DNA of 53,402 bases, taken from NCBI GenBank assembly GCA_965197725.1, contig CBDANQ010000045.1:1-53402 (forward strand), given 5' to 3'. Origin of the DNA: Longimicrobiales bacterium (lineage in GTDB: Bacteria > Gemmatimonadota > Gemmatimonadetes > Longimicrobiales > Gaopeijiaceae). Below the pieces are notes generated by a model. It worked only from the letters and a program-made list of their open reading frames with translations. It did no database searches and was not told the DNA's origin. How positions within the stretch are numbered: the stretch's first letter is position 1; each line of letters begins with the position of its first letter. The position numbers and the translations under genes are program-made. Of this stretch, positions 1 through 9,073 are shown one piece after another.

Positions 1-1
1 C

Positions 2-333
2 CAGAGGAATGTTCTTGCGTAATAATGGGAGGGAATATGTACAGTGCGCCTTGGTGAATCTCTTGCGGAAAATTAATGCTGCTGTCGCGCCCAACCACGC
101 TCTGGCCACACGGCGACCACGGTGTATGTGTGTTACCGTATATGTATAAATACATGTACACTACAGTTGAGCCCACACTCTCTCAATGGGGTTAAGCTCA
201 GGTGGAACTTTGGCAAAAAGCAAGGGACATGTCCTTTATCCATCAACATATGTTCAATCATGCTCTTCTCGTCCTTGAAATCAGAATGTTCTGCGAGTGT
301 TTATCGCATCCAATCAGCCGTTTTTCCCATTGT
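2..333 (-). pseudogene. Degenerate eukaryotic-type Tc1/IS630-like (DDE) transposase fragment
   Basis: Minus strand reads TMGKTADWMR*TLAEHSDFKDEKSMIEHMLMDKGHVPCFLPKFH-(frameshift)-PELNPIERVWAQL, then a 99-bp insert (65-163), then KRFTKAHCTYSLPLLRKNIPL. LPKFHxELNPIExxW is the C-terminal catalytic-E motif of this transposase group. One stop and one frameshift; visibly AT-richer than the rest of the window. Confidence 0.7.
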
Positions 334-334
334 A

Positions 335-469
335 TGGGAGGACTTCCTGACCGCCGACGAGATCTGGTCGGTGATCATCTTCCTCTACGAGCAGACGGGA
401 CACTCGCCGCGGACGTGGGAGGAGATCGAAGCCGGTGAGGCCGGTGACGCCGGGGGGGAGGGGCAGTGA
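335..469 (+). pseudogene. 3' remnant of a cytochrome c gene (5' part missing)
   Basis: WEDFLTADEIWSVIIFLYEQTGHSPRTWE resembles the helix that follows the MP-x-W axial-Met motif of class I cytochrome c domains. High-GC codon usage starts abruptly at ~335, and the stop overlaps the next gene (GTGA). Confidence 0.6.
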
Positions 470-2304
470 TGCCTACCGTGAAGCTGTCGCTGAGTGACGC
501 GCGCCTCGCGGCCGCGTCCCTCGTCGTCGCGCTCTGCGCCGTGGGGCTCCTTCCCGTGAGCGCCGCGGCCCAGGTAGACGGCGAGGCCGTCTACAACAAA
601 TGGTGCGCGGGCTGCCACGGTGAGGACGGCGCCGGCGGCGGCCCGGCGGCCAACACGATGCTCCCGAGACCTCGGGACTTCACGCTCGCGCTCTACCAGG
701 TTCGCACCACCGCCACCGGCCAACTGCCCACCGACGCCGACATGCTCAAGGTGATCGACGAGGGCATGCCCGGTACCGCGATGCCCGGATGGGAAGACGT
801 GCTCACGCAGGAGGAGCGCCTCGCCCTCGTCGACCATCTGAAGACCTTCTCGCGCTTCTTCCAAGGCGAGCCGCCGACCCAGCTCGAATTCAGCCGGCCT
901 ACCCGCGCCACGGACGAGGCGATCGCTAGTGGACGGGAGGTCTACGAGACCGTCGAGTGCTGGCGCTGTCACGGCCAGCGGGGCCGCGGCGACGGGGAGT
1001 CCGCGCCGACGCTGAACGACGACACTGGTTTCCCGATATTCGCGGTCGACCTGACCAAGAACTGGACGTTCAACGGCGGCGGGACGGTGGAGGAGATCTA
1101 CCGCGTGTTGCGCACGGGCCTCGATGGTACTCCGATGCCGACATTCTCCGATATCGTCGACGCTGGTGTGATCACGGACGACCAGCTGTGGGGCCTCGCT
1201 CACTTCGTGCGCAGCCTCTCACCCGAGGAGGCGCCCGAGGTCCGCGAGGTCGTCGCGGCGGAGATGATCACCGGCGGCACCGTCCCGCAAAGCGTGACTG
1301 ATCCGGCATGGCAGGAGGCCGAGCGCTTCTACGTGCCACTCGTGGGCCAGATTGTGGTGAAACCGCGTTGGTTCAACCCGCGCGTCGGTGGCGTGTGGGT
1401 GCAGGCGCTGCACGACGGACAGGACGTCGCGCTGCTGGTCTCCTGGACCGATCCGTCCGAGAGCCCCGACTCGGATTGGGCGGAGTTCGCCGGACACGTC
1501 ATAGAGACCATGGGTCCGGGCGACGAGGGGGCGGCTACCGCACCGGGGGGACCCGATCAGCTCGTGGTGCAGTTCCCCTTGGAGCTCGTCGACGGAATGG
1601 AACGCCCGTTCTTCCTGCAAGGAGACGCCCGCCGTCCGACCAATACCTGGACCTGGCGGAGCGGTGTCCCGGGGGCGTTCGAGAGCATCGCGCGGGGCAT
1701 CGGCACCGAGGTGCCCCAGGCGGCGGACGAACAACACTTACAGGTGGATGCGCAGCACGCCGACGGCGAATGGAAGGTCCTTTTTCGTAGACCGCTCGAT
1801 ACCGGCGGTGCCGAGGATCTCGTGTTGCCCATAGGGCGCGCGATCCCGATAGCGTTCCAGGCGTGGGACGGAGACAACGGCGAGAGCGGAAGCCAGGCCG
1901 CGATCAGCACCTGGTACTTCCTCCACCTCGAACGAACGACCCCGATGTCGGTGTACGTGGCGCCCCCGATAGCCCTGGTGCTCACGCTCTTGTTCGGTTT
2001 GTTTGTGATCCGGCAGGCGCAGCTGGAGGCGAGTGGAGCGGGCGCCGGCATGACAAAGGGGCTCCCACCCTTCAGGTTGACGAAGTCCATTGAACTGGCT
2101 TTCGGGATGGGGGTAGGCGTGGTGTGGCTCGGGATGGCGTTCGGAGCCTACCGGAGCGCCAGCGCCGGTTGGAACGCGGGACATTCGGACCTGGGATTCT
2201 GGTGGACGGTCATCGCGGGGCTCCTGGCGATCGGCGGCCTCAGCGCTATGATCGGGACATGGTTACACACACGACCGAATGACGTACGGAGGCAGGATGA
2301 TTGA
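466..2304 (+). CDS. Di-heme c-type cytochrome with DMSO-reductase-family heme-b binding (ethylbenzene dehydrogenase gamma-like) domain and C-terminal TM helices
   Basis: Signal peptide; two CxxCH motifs (CAGCH, CWRCH), each followed by a GTxMP Met ligand. The third domain has VQALHDG..LLVSWTD, WKVLFRRPL and IAFQAWDG; the C-terminus is hydrophobic. Confidence 0.8.
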   Translation: MMPTVKLSLSDARLAAASLVVALCAVGLLPVSAAAQVDGEAVYNKWCAGCHGEDGAGGGPAANTMLPRPRDFTLALYQVRTTATGQLPTDADMLKVIDEGMPGTAMPGWEDVLTQEERLALVDHLKTFSRFFQGEPPTQLEFSRPTRATDEAIASGREVYETVECWRCHGQRGRGDGESAPTLNDDTGFPIFAVDLTKNWTFNGGGTVEEIYRVLRTGLDGTPMPTFSDIVDAGVITDDQLWGLAHFVRSLSPEEAPEVREVVAAEMITGGTVPQSVTDPAWQEAERFYVPLVGQIVVKPRWFNPRVGGVWVQALHDGQDVALLVSWTDPSESPDSDWAEFAGHVIETMGPGDEGAATAPGGPDQLVVQFPLELVDGMERPFFLQGDARRPTNTWTWRSGVPGAFESIARGIGTEVPQAADEQHLQVDAQHADGEWKVLFRRPLDTGGAEDLVLPIGRAIPIAFQAWDGDNGESGSQAAISTWYFLHLERTTPMSVYVAPPIALVLTLLFGLFVIRQAQLEASGAGAGMTKGLPPFRLTKSIELAFGMGVGVVWLGMAFGAYRSASAGWNAGHSDLGFWWTVIAGLLAIGGLSAMIGTWLHTRPNDVRRQDD

Positions 2305-3157
2305 GAGAGTTTGCAAGACCGGGCACGTCGCCTTGGTCACGGCGTTGTTGGCGGTGGCGGGATGTGGAGGGGGTGACGGGGGTGGCTCGGGCGCCTCCGG
2401 CGGAGGTGACTCGGCGCCGGCGGCATCCCCAGTGGACCCGGCTACGGTCGGGCACGCGTCGGGCATGGTCAGCTTCTCCGGCACGGCTCCGGCCATGGCC
2501 GAGCTCGACATGTCGACCGAGGCGATCTGTGCCGCGAAGCACTCGATGACTCCGACGGAGGAGACCGTGGTGGTAGGCGACGGCGGCGGCCTCGCCAACG
2601 TCTTCGTATACGTGAAAGAAGGTCTCGAGAGCCTGGACTTCCCGACGCCGACCGACGCGGTGGTCATCGACCAGGACGGTTGCGTGTACCAGCCTCACGT
2701 TATCGGTGTGCAGGTGGGGCAGGACTTCACACTGCGCAACAGCGACGGCATCCTCCACAACATCAACGCGTCGCCGACCGAGAACCGAGGCTTTAACGTG
2801 AGTCAGCCGGTCAGGATGGAGACGCAGCGCTCGTTCCCGACGCCCGAAGTCATGGTGCCGGTACGCTGTGACGTGCACGGCTGGATGACGTCCTACATCG
2901 GCGTCGTGGACCATCCGTACTTCGCGGTCAGCGGTCCGGACGGTTCGGTCTCACTCGAGGGCCTGCCGCCCGGCGACTACGTGGTCGAGGCATGGCACGA
3001 GATGTATGGGACCGCCACCCAGAGCATCACGGTCGCGACGGACGAGACCGCGGAGCTCTCCTTCGAGTTCAATTCGGATATGGCCACGGCGAACGTGCCG
3101 CTCGGTGAGCCGATCGACCTGATGCATCCCCAGGGCCACCGCACGGCGGACCAGTAG
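2297..3157 (+). CDS. Lipoprotein with cupredoxin-like and carboxypeptidase-regulatory-like domains
   Basis: GGAGG RBS before the ATG at 2297; lipobox VAGC; HNIN...CDVHGWM pattern (His, Cys-x2-His-x2-Met); LPPGDYVVEAWHE beta-sandwich tail. Confidence 0.75.
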   Translation: MIERVCKTGHVALVTALLAVAGCGGGDGGGSGASGGGDSAPAASPVDPATVGHASGMVSFSGTAPAMAELDMSTEAICAAKHSMTPTEETVVVGDGGGLANVFVYVKEGLESLDFPTPTDAVVIDQDGCVYQPHVIGVQVGQDFTLRNSDGILHNINASPTENRGFNVSQPVRMETQRSFPTPEVMVPVRCDVHGWMTSYIGVVDHPYFAVSGPDGSVSLEGLPPGDYVVEAWHEMYGTATQSITVATDETAELSFEFNSDMATANVPLGEPIDLMHPQGHRTADQ

Positions 3158-3205
3158 TAGGGAATGTCGGACGAGTAGTCCTGAGCCTCACGGCTGGAGA
3201 GAGAT

Positions 3206-3886
3206 ATGAATTGGAGCTGGGTGCTCCCAGAGGCCTTCTCGACCTTCTCAGGCGATGTCGACGCGATCTATTACGTGATCCTGTGGATCACCGGCGTCAC
3301 CTTCGTGCTCACCGAGGCGCTGCTGATCTACTTCGTCGTCCGCTACCGCCACAAGGAAGGGAGAACGGCTGCATACGACCACGGAAGCACCAAGATCGAG
3401 GTCGTGTGGACGACGGCTACGCTCCTCATCGTGATCGGGATCGGCGTACTGAGCAAGGGCGCGTGGGACCGCATGAAGATCGACGTTCCGCCCGGCGCGA
3501 TGGAGATCATCGTGACCGCCAAGCAGTTCGAGTGGAACGTAACCTATCCCGGGCCCGACGGCGCCCTGGGGACCGCCGACGACTTCGACGTCCTGAATCA
3601 GGTCCACGCGCCGGTCGATCAGCCGGTCTGGATCCACCTGCGTGCTGAGGACGTGATCCACTCGTTATTCCTGCCCGAGATGCGCGTGAAGCAGGACGCC
3701 CTTCCGGGCAAGGACATCCCGGTCTGGTTCGAAGCGACCGCCACCGGCGAATACACGCTCGGCTGTGCCGAGCTGTGCGGAATAGGTCATACGACGATGA
3801 ACGGGACCTTGACGATCCACACCGCGGCAGACTTTCAGGCATGGGCAACCGCCCAGGCGCAACAGCGCCCCCAACCGCGGCCATAG
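3206..3886 (+). CDS. coxB: Cytochrome c oxidase subunit II (no fused cytochrome c)
   Basis: Two TM helices; QFEW motif; CuA motif DVIHS...CAELCGIGHTTM. Confidence 0.95.
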   Translation: MNWSWVLPEAFSTFSGDVDAIYYVILWITGVTFVLTEALLIYFVVRYRHKEGRTAAYDHGSTKIEVVWTTATLLIVIGIGVLSKGAWDRMKIDVPPGAMEIIVTAKQFEWNVTYPGPDGALGTADDFDVLNQVHAPVDQPVWIHLRAEDVIHSLFLPEMRVKQDALPGKDIPVWFEATATGEYTLGCAELCGIGHTTMNGTLTIHTAADFQAWATAQAQQRPQPRP

Positions 3887-3946
3887 TCGAGCGTCCGGAT
3901 GGGGAGCCCTCGGGACACCAGAAAACAGATTTAATCGGAAGGCCAG

Positions 3947-5764
3947 ATGAGCACGACCGAACAAGAGATGGGGAAGGCACTCGGAGAGGGTGGGCATCAC
4001 GACCACCACGAGATACCCTGGATTCGCCGGTATATCTTCGCCACCGACCACAAGATGATCGCGAAGCAGTTCATGTTCGTGAGCCTCTTCTTCCTCGTGG
4101 TCGGCGGTGCGCTCGCAGCCATGATGCGCTGGCAGCTCGGCTTCCCGAGCCAGCCGATGCCCGGAGGAGGGATCCTACCGGACGCGATGATGGCGCCGAC
4201 GCCGGATGGCGCGATCATGTTGCCGGAGTTCTACAACTCTCTGGTGACGATGCACGGCACCATCATGATCTTCTTCGCGATCATGCCGCTGCTGGTCGGG
4301 CTCTTCGGCAACCTGCTCATCCCTCTGCAGATCGGCGCCGAGGACATGGCCTTCCCGCGCCTGAACATGGCGTCGTTCTGGCTCGCGGTACCCGCCGGTA
4401 TGCTCATGCTCGCGAGCTTCGCGGTCGAGGGGGGTGCTGCGGGCGCAGGCTGGACGGCGTACGCGCCGCTCAGCACGTCGGGCGAATGGACCGGGGTATA
4501 TCTTGGGCAACAGCTCTGGCTCGTGAGCCTGACGATCCTCGGCTTCTCGTCGCTCGTCGGTGCCGTGAACTACATCACCACCGTCATCAACCTGCGCGCG
4601 CCGGGCATGACCTGGTTTCGTATTCCTCTGGCGACCTGGGCGCTCTTCGTCACGGCGGTGCTCATCCTGTTGGCGATTCCGATCCTGGCCGGTGCCCTGA
4701 TCATGCTTCTATTCGATCAGACGATCGGGACCGGCTTCTTCCGGGCCGACGTGGGCGGTGAGCCGCTGCTCTGGCAGCACCTCTTCTGGTTCTTCGGGCA
4801 CCCCGAGGTCTACATCCTCATCCTGCCCGCGATGGGGATCACGTCCGACGTGCTCTCGAACCGAGCTCGTAAGCCCATCTTCGGCTATCACTCGATGGTG
4901 CTCGCGCTGGTCAGTATCGGGTTCCTGGGCTGGATCGTATGGGGACACCACATGTTCCAGAGCGGCATGAACCCGCTGCTGGGCACCTCGTTCATGATCT
5001 CGACCATGGCCATCGCCGTTCCGTCTGCGATCAAGGTGTTCAACTGGCTAGGGACATTGTGGAAATCGGACGTCCACCTGGATGTGCCGATGCTCCACGC
5101 GCTCTCCTTCGTATCGATGTTCATCATCGGCGGACTGTCCGGGATCTTCATGGCCTCGACGCCGGTGGACGTCTACATCCACGACACCTACTTCATCGTC
5201 GCGCACCTCCACTACGTGCTCTTCGGCGGCAGCCTGTTCGCGATCTTCGCCGGAATCACATTCTGGTTCCCGAAGATGTTCGGCCGGATGATGAATGAGC
5301 CGCTCGGCAAAGTGCATTGGGTGCTCACGTTCATCTTCTACAACCTCGTCTTCTTCCCCATGCACAACCTGGGGCTGGAAGGGATGATGCGGCGGATCTA
5401 CGACTTCACGCAGTACGAGTACCTGCAGCCGCTCCAGCCGATGAACCAGTTCATTTCGATCTTCGCGTTCGCGCTGGTCGCGACGCAGGGGCTGTTCGTG
5501 ATCAACTTCTTCTGGAGCATCTTCAAGGGCGACAAGGCGGGTAACAACCCCTGGAATTCCAACACGCTCGAGTGGACGGTTCCGTCGCCCCCCCCGCACG
5601 GGAATTTCGCGGAGATGCCGACGGTCTACCGCGGTCCATACGAGTACAGCTCGCCCCTATCCGACGACGACTTCCTGCCGCAGACGGCGCCGCCCCGCGA
5701 GGGTCCCGGCCCGTCGAGCGGTATTCCCGAACCCACCCCGACTCCTGAGGGAGCTGAGGCGTGA
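3947..5764 (+). CDS. coxA: Cytochrome c oxidase subunit I, A1 type
   Basis: TMHG, DMAFPRLN (D-channel Asp), WFFGHPEVY (A1 Glu), WGHHM, IAVPSAIK (K-channel Lys), AHLHY. Confidence 0.97.
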   Translation: MSTTEQEMGKALGEGGHHDHHEIPWIRRYIFATDHKMIAKQFMFVSLFFLVVGGALAAMMRWQLGFPSQPMPGGGILPDAMMAPTPDGAIMLPEFYNSLVTMHGTIMIFFAIMPLLVGLFGNLLIPLQIGAEDMAFPRLNMASFWLAVPAGMLMLASFAVEGGAAGAGWTAYAPLSTSGEWTGVYLGQQLWLVSLTILGFSSLVGAVNYITTVINLRAPGMTWFRIPLATWALFVTAVLILLAIPILAGALIMLLFDQTIGTGFFRADVGGEPLLWQHLFWFFGHPEVYILILPAMGITSDVLSNRARKPIFGYHSMVLALVSIGFLGWIVWGHHMFQSGMNPLLGTSFMISTMAIAVPSAIKVFNWLGTLWKSDVHLDVPMLHALSFVSMFIIGGLSGIFMASTPVDVYIHDTYFIVAHLHYVLFGGSLFAIFAGITFWFPKMFGRMMNEPLGKVHWVLTFIFYNLVFFPMHNLGLEGMMRRIYDFTQYEYLQPLQPMNQFISIFAFALVATQGLFVINFFWSIFKGDKAGNNPWNSNTLEWTVPSPPPHGNFAEMPTVYRGPYEYSSPLSDDDFLPQTAPPREGPGPSSGIPEPTPTPEGAEA

Positions 5765-6408
5765 CGACGACGACCGCTGACCGGGCCCCCATGGCCGGAA
5801 TGGAGGTCTACCACCTCAAGCTCGGGATGTGGGTCTTCCTCCTCTCGGAGGTGATGTTCTTTACCGGCCTGATCGGGGCGTACATCATCCTGCGCTTCGC
5901 GCACCCGGAGGCCTTCGGTGCGCCCGGGGAGGTGCTCAACGTGCCGCTCACCGCCTTCAACACCTTCGTGCTCATCTGCTCGAGCGTCACGATGGTGAAG
6001 GCGTTCGCGGCGATCGAGCAGGGCGACCAGCAGGGCCTGCAGAAGTGGCTTCTCGCCACGGTTCTCCTCGGAACCTTCTTCGTCGGAGTGCAGGCCGTGG
6101 AGTACACGATCCTGTCCAGCGAGGGTTTCGTGCCGATGGCCGAAGCGTACCACGCCATTGCTCGCGGGGCGGCTGAAGGGAGTGAAGTGATCGGAGGTCC
6201 GCTCTACGGGGCCACGTTCTATACGATGACCGGCTTCCACGGGACGCACGTGTCCATTGGAGTAGGGTGCCTGTGCTTCACGTTGTGGCGCGCGCGCAAG
6301 GGTGCCTACACCGCCGGCAGCCTCGGGGGCGTGGAGATCATGGGCCTCTACTGGCACTTCGTGGACCTGGTTTGGATCCTCCTGTTCACGATCGTATATC
6401 TGATATAG
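5761..6408 (+). CDS. coxC: Cytochrome c oxidase subunit III
   Basis: LGMWVFLLSEVMFF, TGFHGTHV, GLYWHFVDLVW; GTGA overlap with coxA. Confidence 0.93.
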   Translation: MTTTTADRAPMAGMEVYHLKLGMWVFLLSEVMFFTGLIGAYIILRFAHPEAFGAPGEVLNVPLTAFNTFVLICSSVTMVKAFAAIEQGDQQGLQKWLLATVLLGTFFVGVQAVEYTILSSEGFVPMAEAYHAIARGAAEGSEVIGGPLYGATFYTMTGFHGTHVSIGVGCLCFTLWRARKGAYTAGSLGGVEIMGLYWHFVDLVWILLFTIVYLI

Positions 6409-6444
6409 CGTCCGACTGGATCGCTCAGCCCAAAGGGAGGGCGC

Positions 6445-6717
6445 ATGGCAACTGGGGAAGAGCACAAGGCTCCACCGTACATGATCGTATTCGTGGTGCT
6501 CGCAGTCCTCACGGTTCTGGAAGTCCTGTTTGCGTTCACCAGCCTGGCCAAGATCTGGCTAGCCTTGGGCCTGATCCTCATGGCTCTTTGGAAGGCCTTG
6601 CTGGTGGCGCTCTACTACATGCACCTGCGTTTCGAGCCCAAGCGCCTCTGGATCATGGCGGCCTCGCCGATTCCGTTGGCGATCATCCTGGTGATCGTGG
6701 TGATCAAGGAGTTCTAG
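6445..6717 (+). CDS. Cytochrome c oxidase subunit IV family protein
   Basis: Three TM helices; KALLVALYYMHLRFE motif; directly after coxC. Confidence 0.85.
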   Translation: MATGEEHKAPPYMIVFVVLAVLTVLEVLFAFTSLAKIWLALGLILMALWKALLVALYYMHLRFEPKRLWIMAASPIPLAIILVIVVIKEF

Positions 6718-6726
6718 AGGTCGGCG

Positions 6727-6921
6727 ATGTCACTCGTCAGCTTCCACCGCTTTCTGATCGTGACCGCGATCGTCTTCTGCCTGGGCTACGGCGCGTGGGA
6801 GTTGAACGCCGCCGCCGAGAGGGCCGGCGGCTTCATCCAGGGAACGGTCTTCATCGTCCTGGGGCTGGGGCTAGCGGTGTACCTGATGCACCTGGGTCGA
6901 TTCCTGGGCTACGACGAGTAG
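6727..6921 (+). CDS. Small two-TM membrane protein
   Basis: 64-aa hydrophobic ORF inside the operon, with a GAGG RBS. Confidence 0.6.
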   Translation: MSLVSFHRFLIVTAIVFCLGYGAWELNAAAERAGGFIQGTVFIVLGLGLAVYLMHLGRFLGYDE

Positions 6922-6956
6922 AGTTCCTCGCGCACGATCGTGTCACTCTCGCGGTC

Positions 6957-7538
6957 GTGGGCGTTCTCGCGCTCGCAGCGGTCCTGTTCGTCGTAGTGTC
7001 CCTGGGTCGTAGAAACGTCCCCACCTTCGTCGCCACCACGCCGGTCCCCATCGACGTGGGCACGGTCAAGTTGGGGCCTGACACCATCACGGTGGACGCG
7101 ACCGGGGAGCAGGGTTGGCGCTTCTTCGACTTCTCTCGTGCCTCGGTGGTCGAGGCCCCGGGTCCGATGGATTGGGACCTCGCGTTTCTGCGACATCGCA
7201 TCGTGGCGAACGGAGGAGTGGGCTTCGCGGGCGACGGCGGCTTGCTCGAGTTGCACGGCGTCGAATACGGTTCGGTCTCGGAGGTGCCGTCGAGCGGATA
7301 CGTCGGCTCACCGCAGCCCGGGGATACCACGAACGCGGCGATCGAGCGGTGGTACAGCTACAATTGGACGAGCCACATCCTGGAGCCACGGCCCACTGTG
7401 TGGGCCGTGCGCACGGCAGACGGACGGTACACCAAGCTCCGGATCCTCGGGTATTATTGCGCAGGCCCGCAGGCAGGCTGTCTGACGTTCGAGTTTGTGT
7501 ATCAAGGGGGGGGAGGCACCGATGTCACGTCACATTGA
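6957..7538 (+). CDS. HmuY-family heme-binding protein (start uncertain, 6918-6957)
   Basis: 3' part of ORF 6267..7538: N-terminal anchor, TVDAT..WRFFDF, WDLAF.R..I..NGG, WYSYN..SHILEP, VRTADGRYTKLRILGYYC. Confidence 0.75.
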   Translation: MGVLALAAVLFVVVSLGRRNVPTFVATTPVPIDVGTVKLGPDTITVDATGEQGWRFFDFSRASVVEAPGPMDWDLAFLRHRIVANGGVGFAGDGGLLELHGVEYGSVSEVPSSGYVGSPQPGDTTNAAIERWYSYNWTSHILEPRPTVWAVRTADGRYTKLRILGYYCAGPQAGCLTFEFVYQGGGGTDVTSH

Positions 7539-8139
7539 TGTAATAGCGCTCATCACGCTTGTCGGTATCTCGGTCGCTGTGTGCGGCGTCCCGGCGGAGG
7601 GTGGCAGGCTGGGCGAGCTCCGGGGCTCGGTCATGGACACCCCGATCCCGAAGCCGGCCCTCACGCTCACCGATACGAACGGTGAGGCGTTCGATCTGAG
7701 AGCGGAAACCGACGGGTACCTGACGCTCGTCTTCTTCGGTTACACGTACTGTCCGGACGTCTGCCCGGTGCACATGGCGAACCTGGGCGCGGTATTCGGG
7801 GATCTGCTGCCCGAGGTGCGCGATCGCACCAAGGTCGTCTTCGTCTCTACCGATCCCGAGCGGGACACATCAGAGAGACTGCGTTCGTGGTTGGACAACT
7901 TCGACCCGGCCTTCGTCGGGCTTCGGGGGTCGCTGGACGACATCAACGCCGCGCTCTCGACGATGATGCTGCCCGGAGTCGCCGTCATCCCGGGAGAGCA
8001 CGGCTCGGAGCCGTTGATCGGGCATCCCGCCGCCGTTCTGGCGTTCAGTCCCGACGGGCTCGCCCGCATAAGGTACCCGTTCGGCGTGCGGCAGGCGGAT
8101 TGGGCGCATGATCTGCCGCTGCTAGTGCAGGGCCTCTGA
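7522..8139 (+). CDS. SCO1/SenC family copper chaperone
   Basis: FFGYTYCPDVCP, STDPERDT and a downstream conserved His. Confidence 0.92.
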   Translation: MSRHIDVIALITLVGISVAVCGVPAEGGRLGELRGSVMDTPIPKPALTLTDTNGEAFDLRAETDGYLTLVFFGYTYCPDVCPVHMANLGAVFGDLLPEVRDRTKVVFVSTDPERDTSERLRSWLDNFDPAFVGLRGSLDDINAALSTMMLPGVAVIPGEHGSEPLIGHPAAVLAFSPDGLARIRYPFGVRQADWAHDLPLLVQGL

Positions 8140-8143
8140 GGCG

Positions 8144-8959
8144 ATGCAGTGGTGGTGCTTCGCGCAGCAGGAGCCTTGGACCTGGACGTGGCGGCCGCTG
8201 CTGGGGGTCTGGATTGGTGTGGTGCTGCTCGTGCTGGCTTATCGCCGTCTCTTGCGGCGCGCGTCCGCCGATCCCGAACCCCACCAGACCACGCGCTGGC
8301 GTCGTGTGGCGTTCGGAACAGGCGTGTTTCTCCTGTGGGCCTCGCTGGATTGGCCGCTCGGCCCGCTCGGTGCCGGCTACCTGGCGAGCGTGCACATGAG
8401 CCAGTTCTTGGCCGTGGGGGTCGCGGTGCCCGCGGTGCTCCTGCTGTCACTACCGCCGAGGGCGTTCGATGGCCTCCTGACTCGTCCTCGCACGCTCTCC
8501 ACGCTCGAGGGAATCACGAGCCCCCTCAGCGCCTTCTTCATCTTCAACATCGGCATGACGGTCACGCACTGGCCCGGCGTGGTCGACTCCCTCATGCCCA
8601 CCCAATTCGGCTCGTTCCTGCTGGACGTCGCGTGGTTCGCGGGGGGTCTGATCTTCTGGTGGCCGGTCATCGCGCCCGTGCCGCATCGGCCCGGATTCCA
8701 CCCGCTCGGCAAGATCGCCTACCTTGCGCTCAACGCGTTCCTGATTCGTCCGCCGTTCGCGATGATGATCTTCAGCGAGCATCCCATCTACGCTATCTAC
8801 GAGTTGGCGCCGCCGCCTGGCGGTGACGCCCTCAACGATCAACAGTTCGCCGGCGCGATCATGAAGATCGGTACCGCCTGGATCCTTTTCGTGGGCGTCG
8901 TCGTGGTCTTCAAGCGCTGGATGCACGCGGAGAACGCCGCTGAGCGTTCCGGCGCCTGA
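8144..8959 (+). CDS. Cytochrome c oxidase assembly factor, caa3-CtaG family
   Basis: Multi-TM; SVHMSQ, THWP, FWWPV, DQQFAGAIMK motifs. Confidence 0.85.
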   Translation: MQWWCFAQQEPWTWTWRPLLGVWIGVVLLVLAYRRLLRRASADPEPHQTTRWRRVAFGTGVFLLWASLDWPLGPLGAGYLASVHMSQFLAVGVAVPAVLLLSLPPRAFDGLLTRPRTLSTLEGITSPLSAFFIFNIGMTVTHWPGVVDSLMPTQFGSFLLDVAWFAGGLIFWWPVIAPVPHRPGFHPLGKIAYLALNAFLIRPPFAMMIFSEHPIYAIYELAPPPGGDALNDQQFAGAIMKIGTAWILFVGVVVVFKRWMHAENAAERSGA

Positions 8960-9073
8960 TCCGGCCCGGGCCGCCCGTCAGGCCGCGGGTCAGGCCGCCC
9001 GGGCCCCCGCTTCGAGAGGACGCATCTTGGTGGGGAACGTTCTGACGGCGACGGCCATGGCGCTCTTCATGTA

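Noticed and set aside
122..469. 115-aa ORF as a real gene
   Set aside because: Chimeric frame: antisense of the transposon remnant fused to the cytochrome C-terminus.
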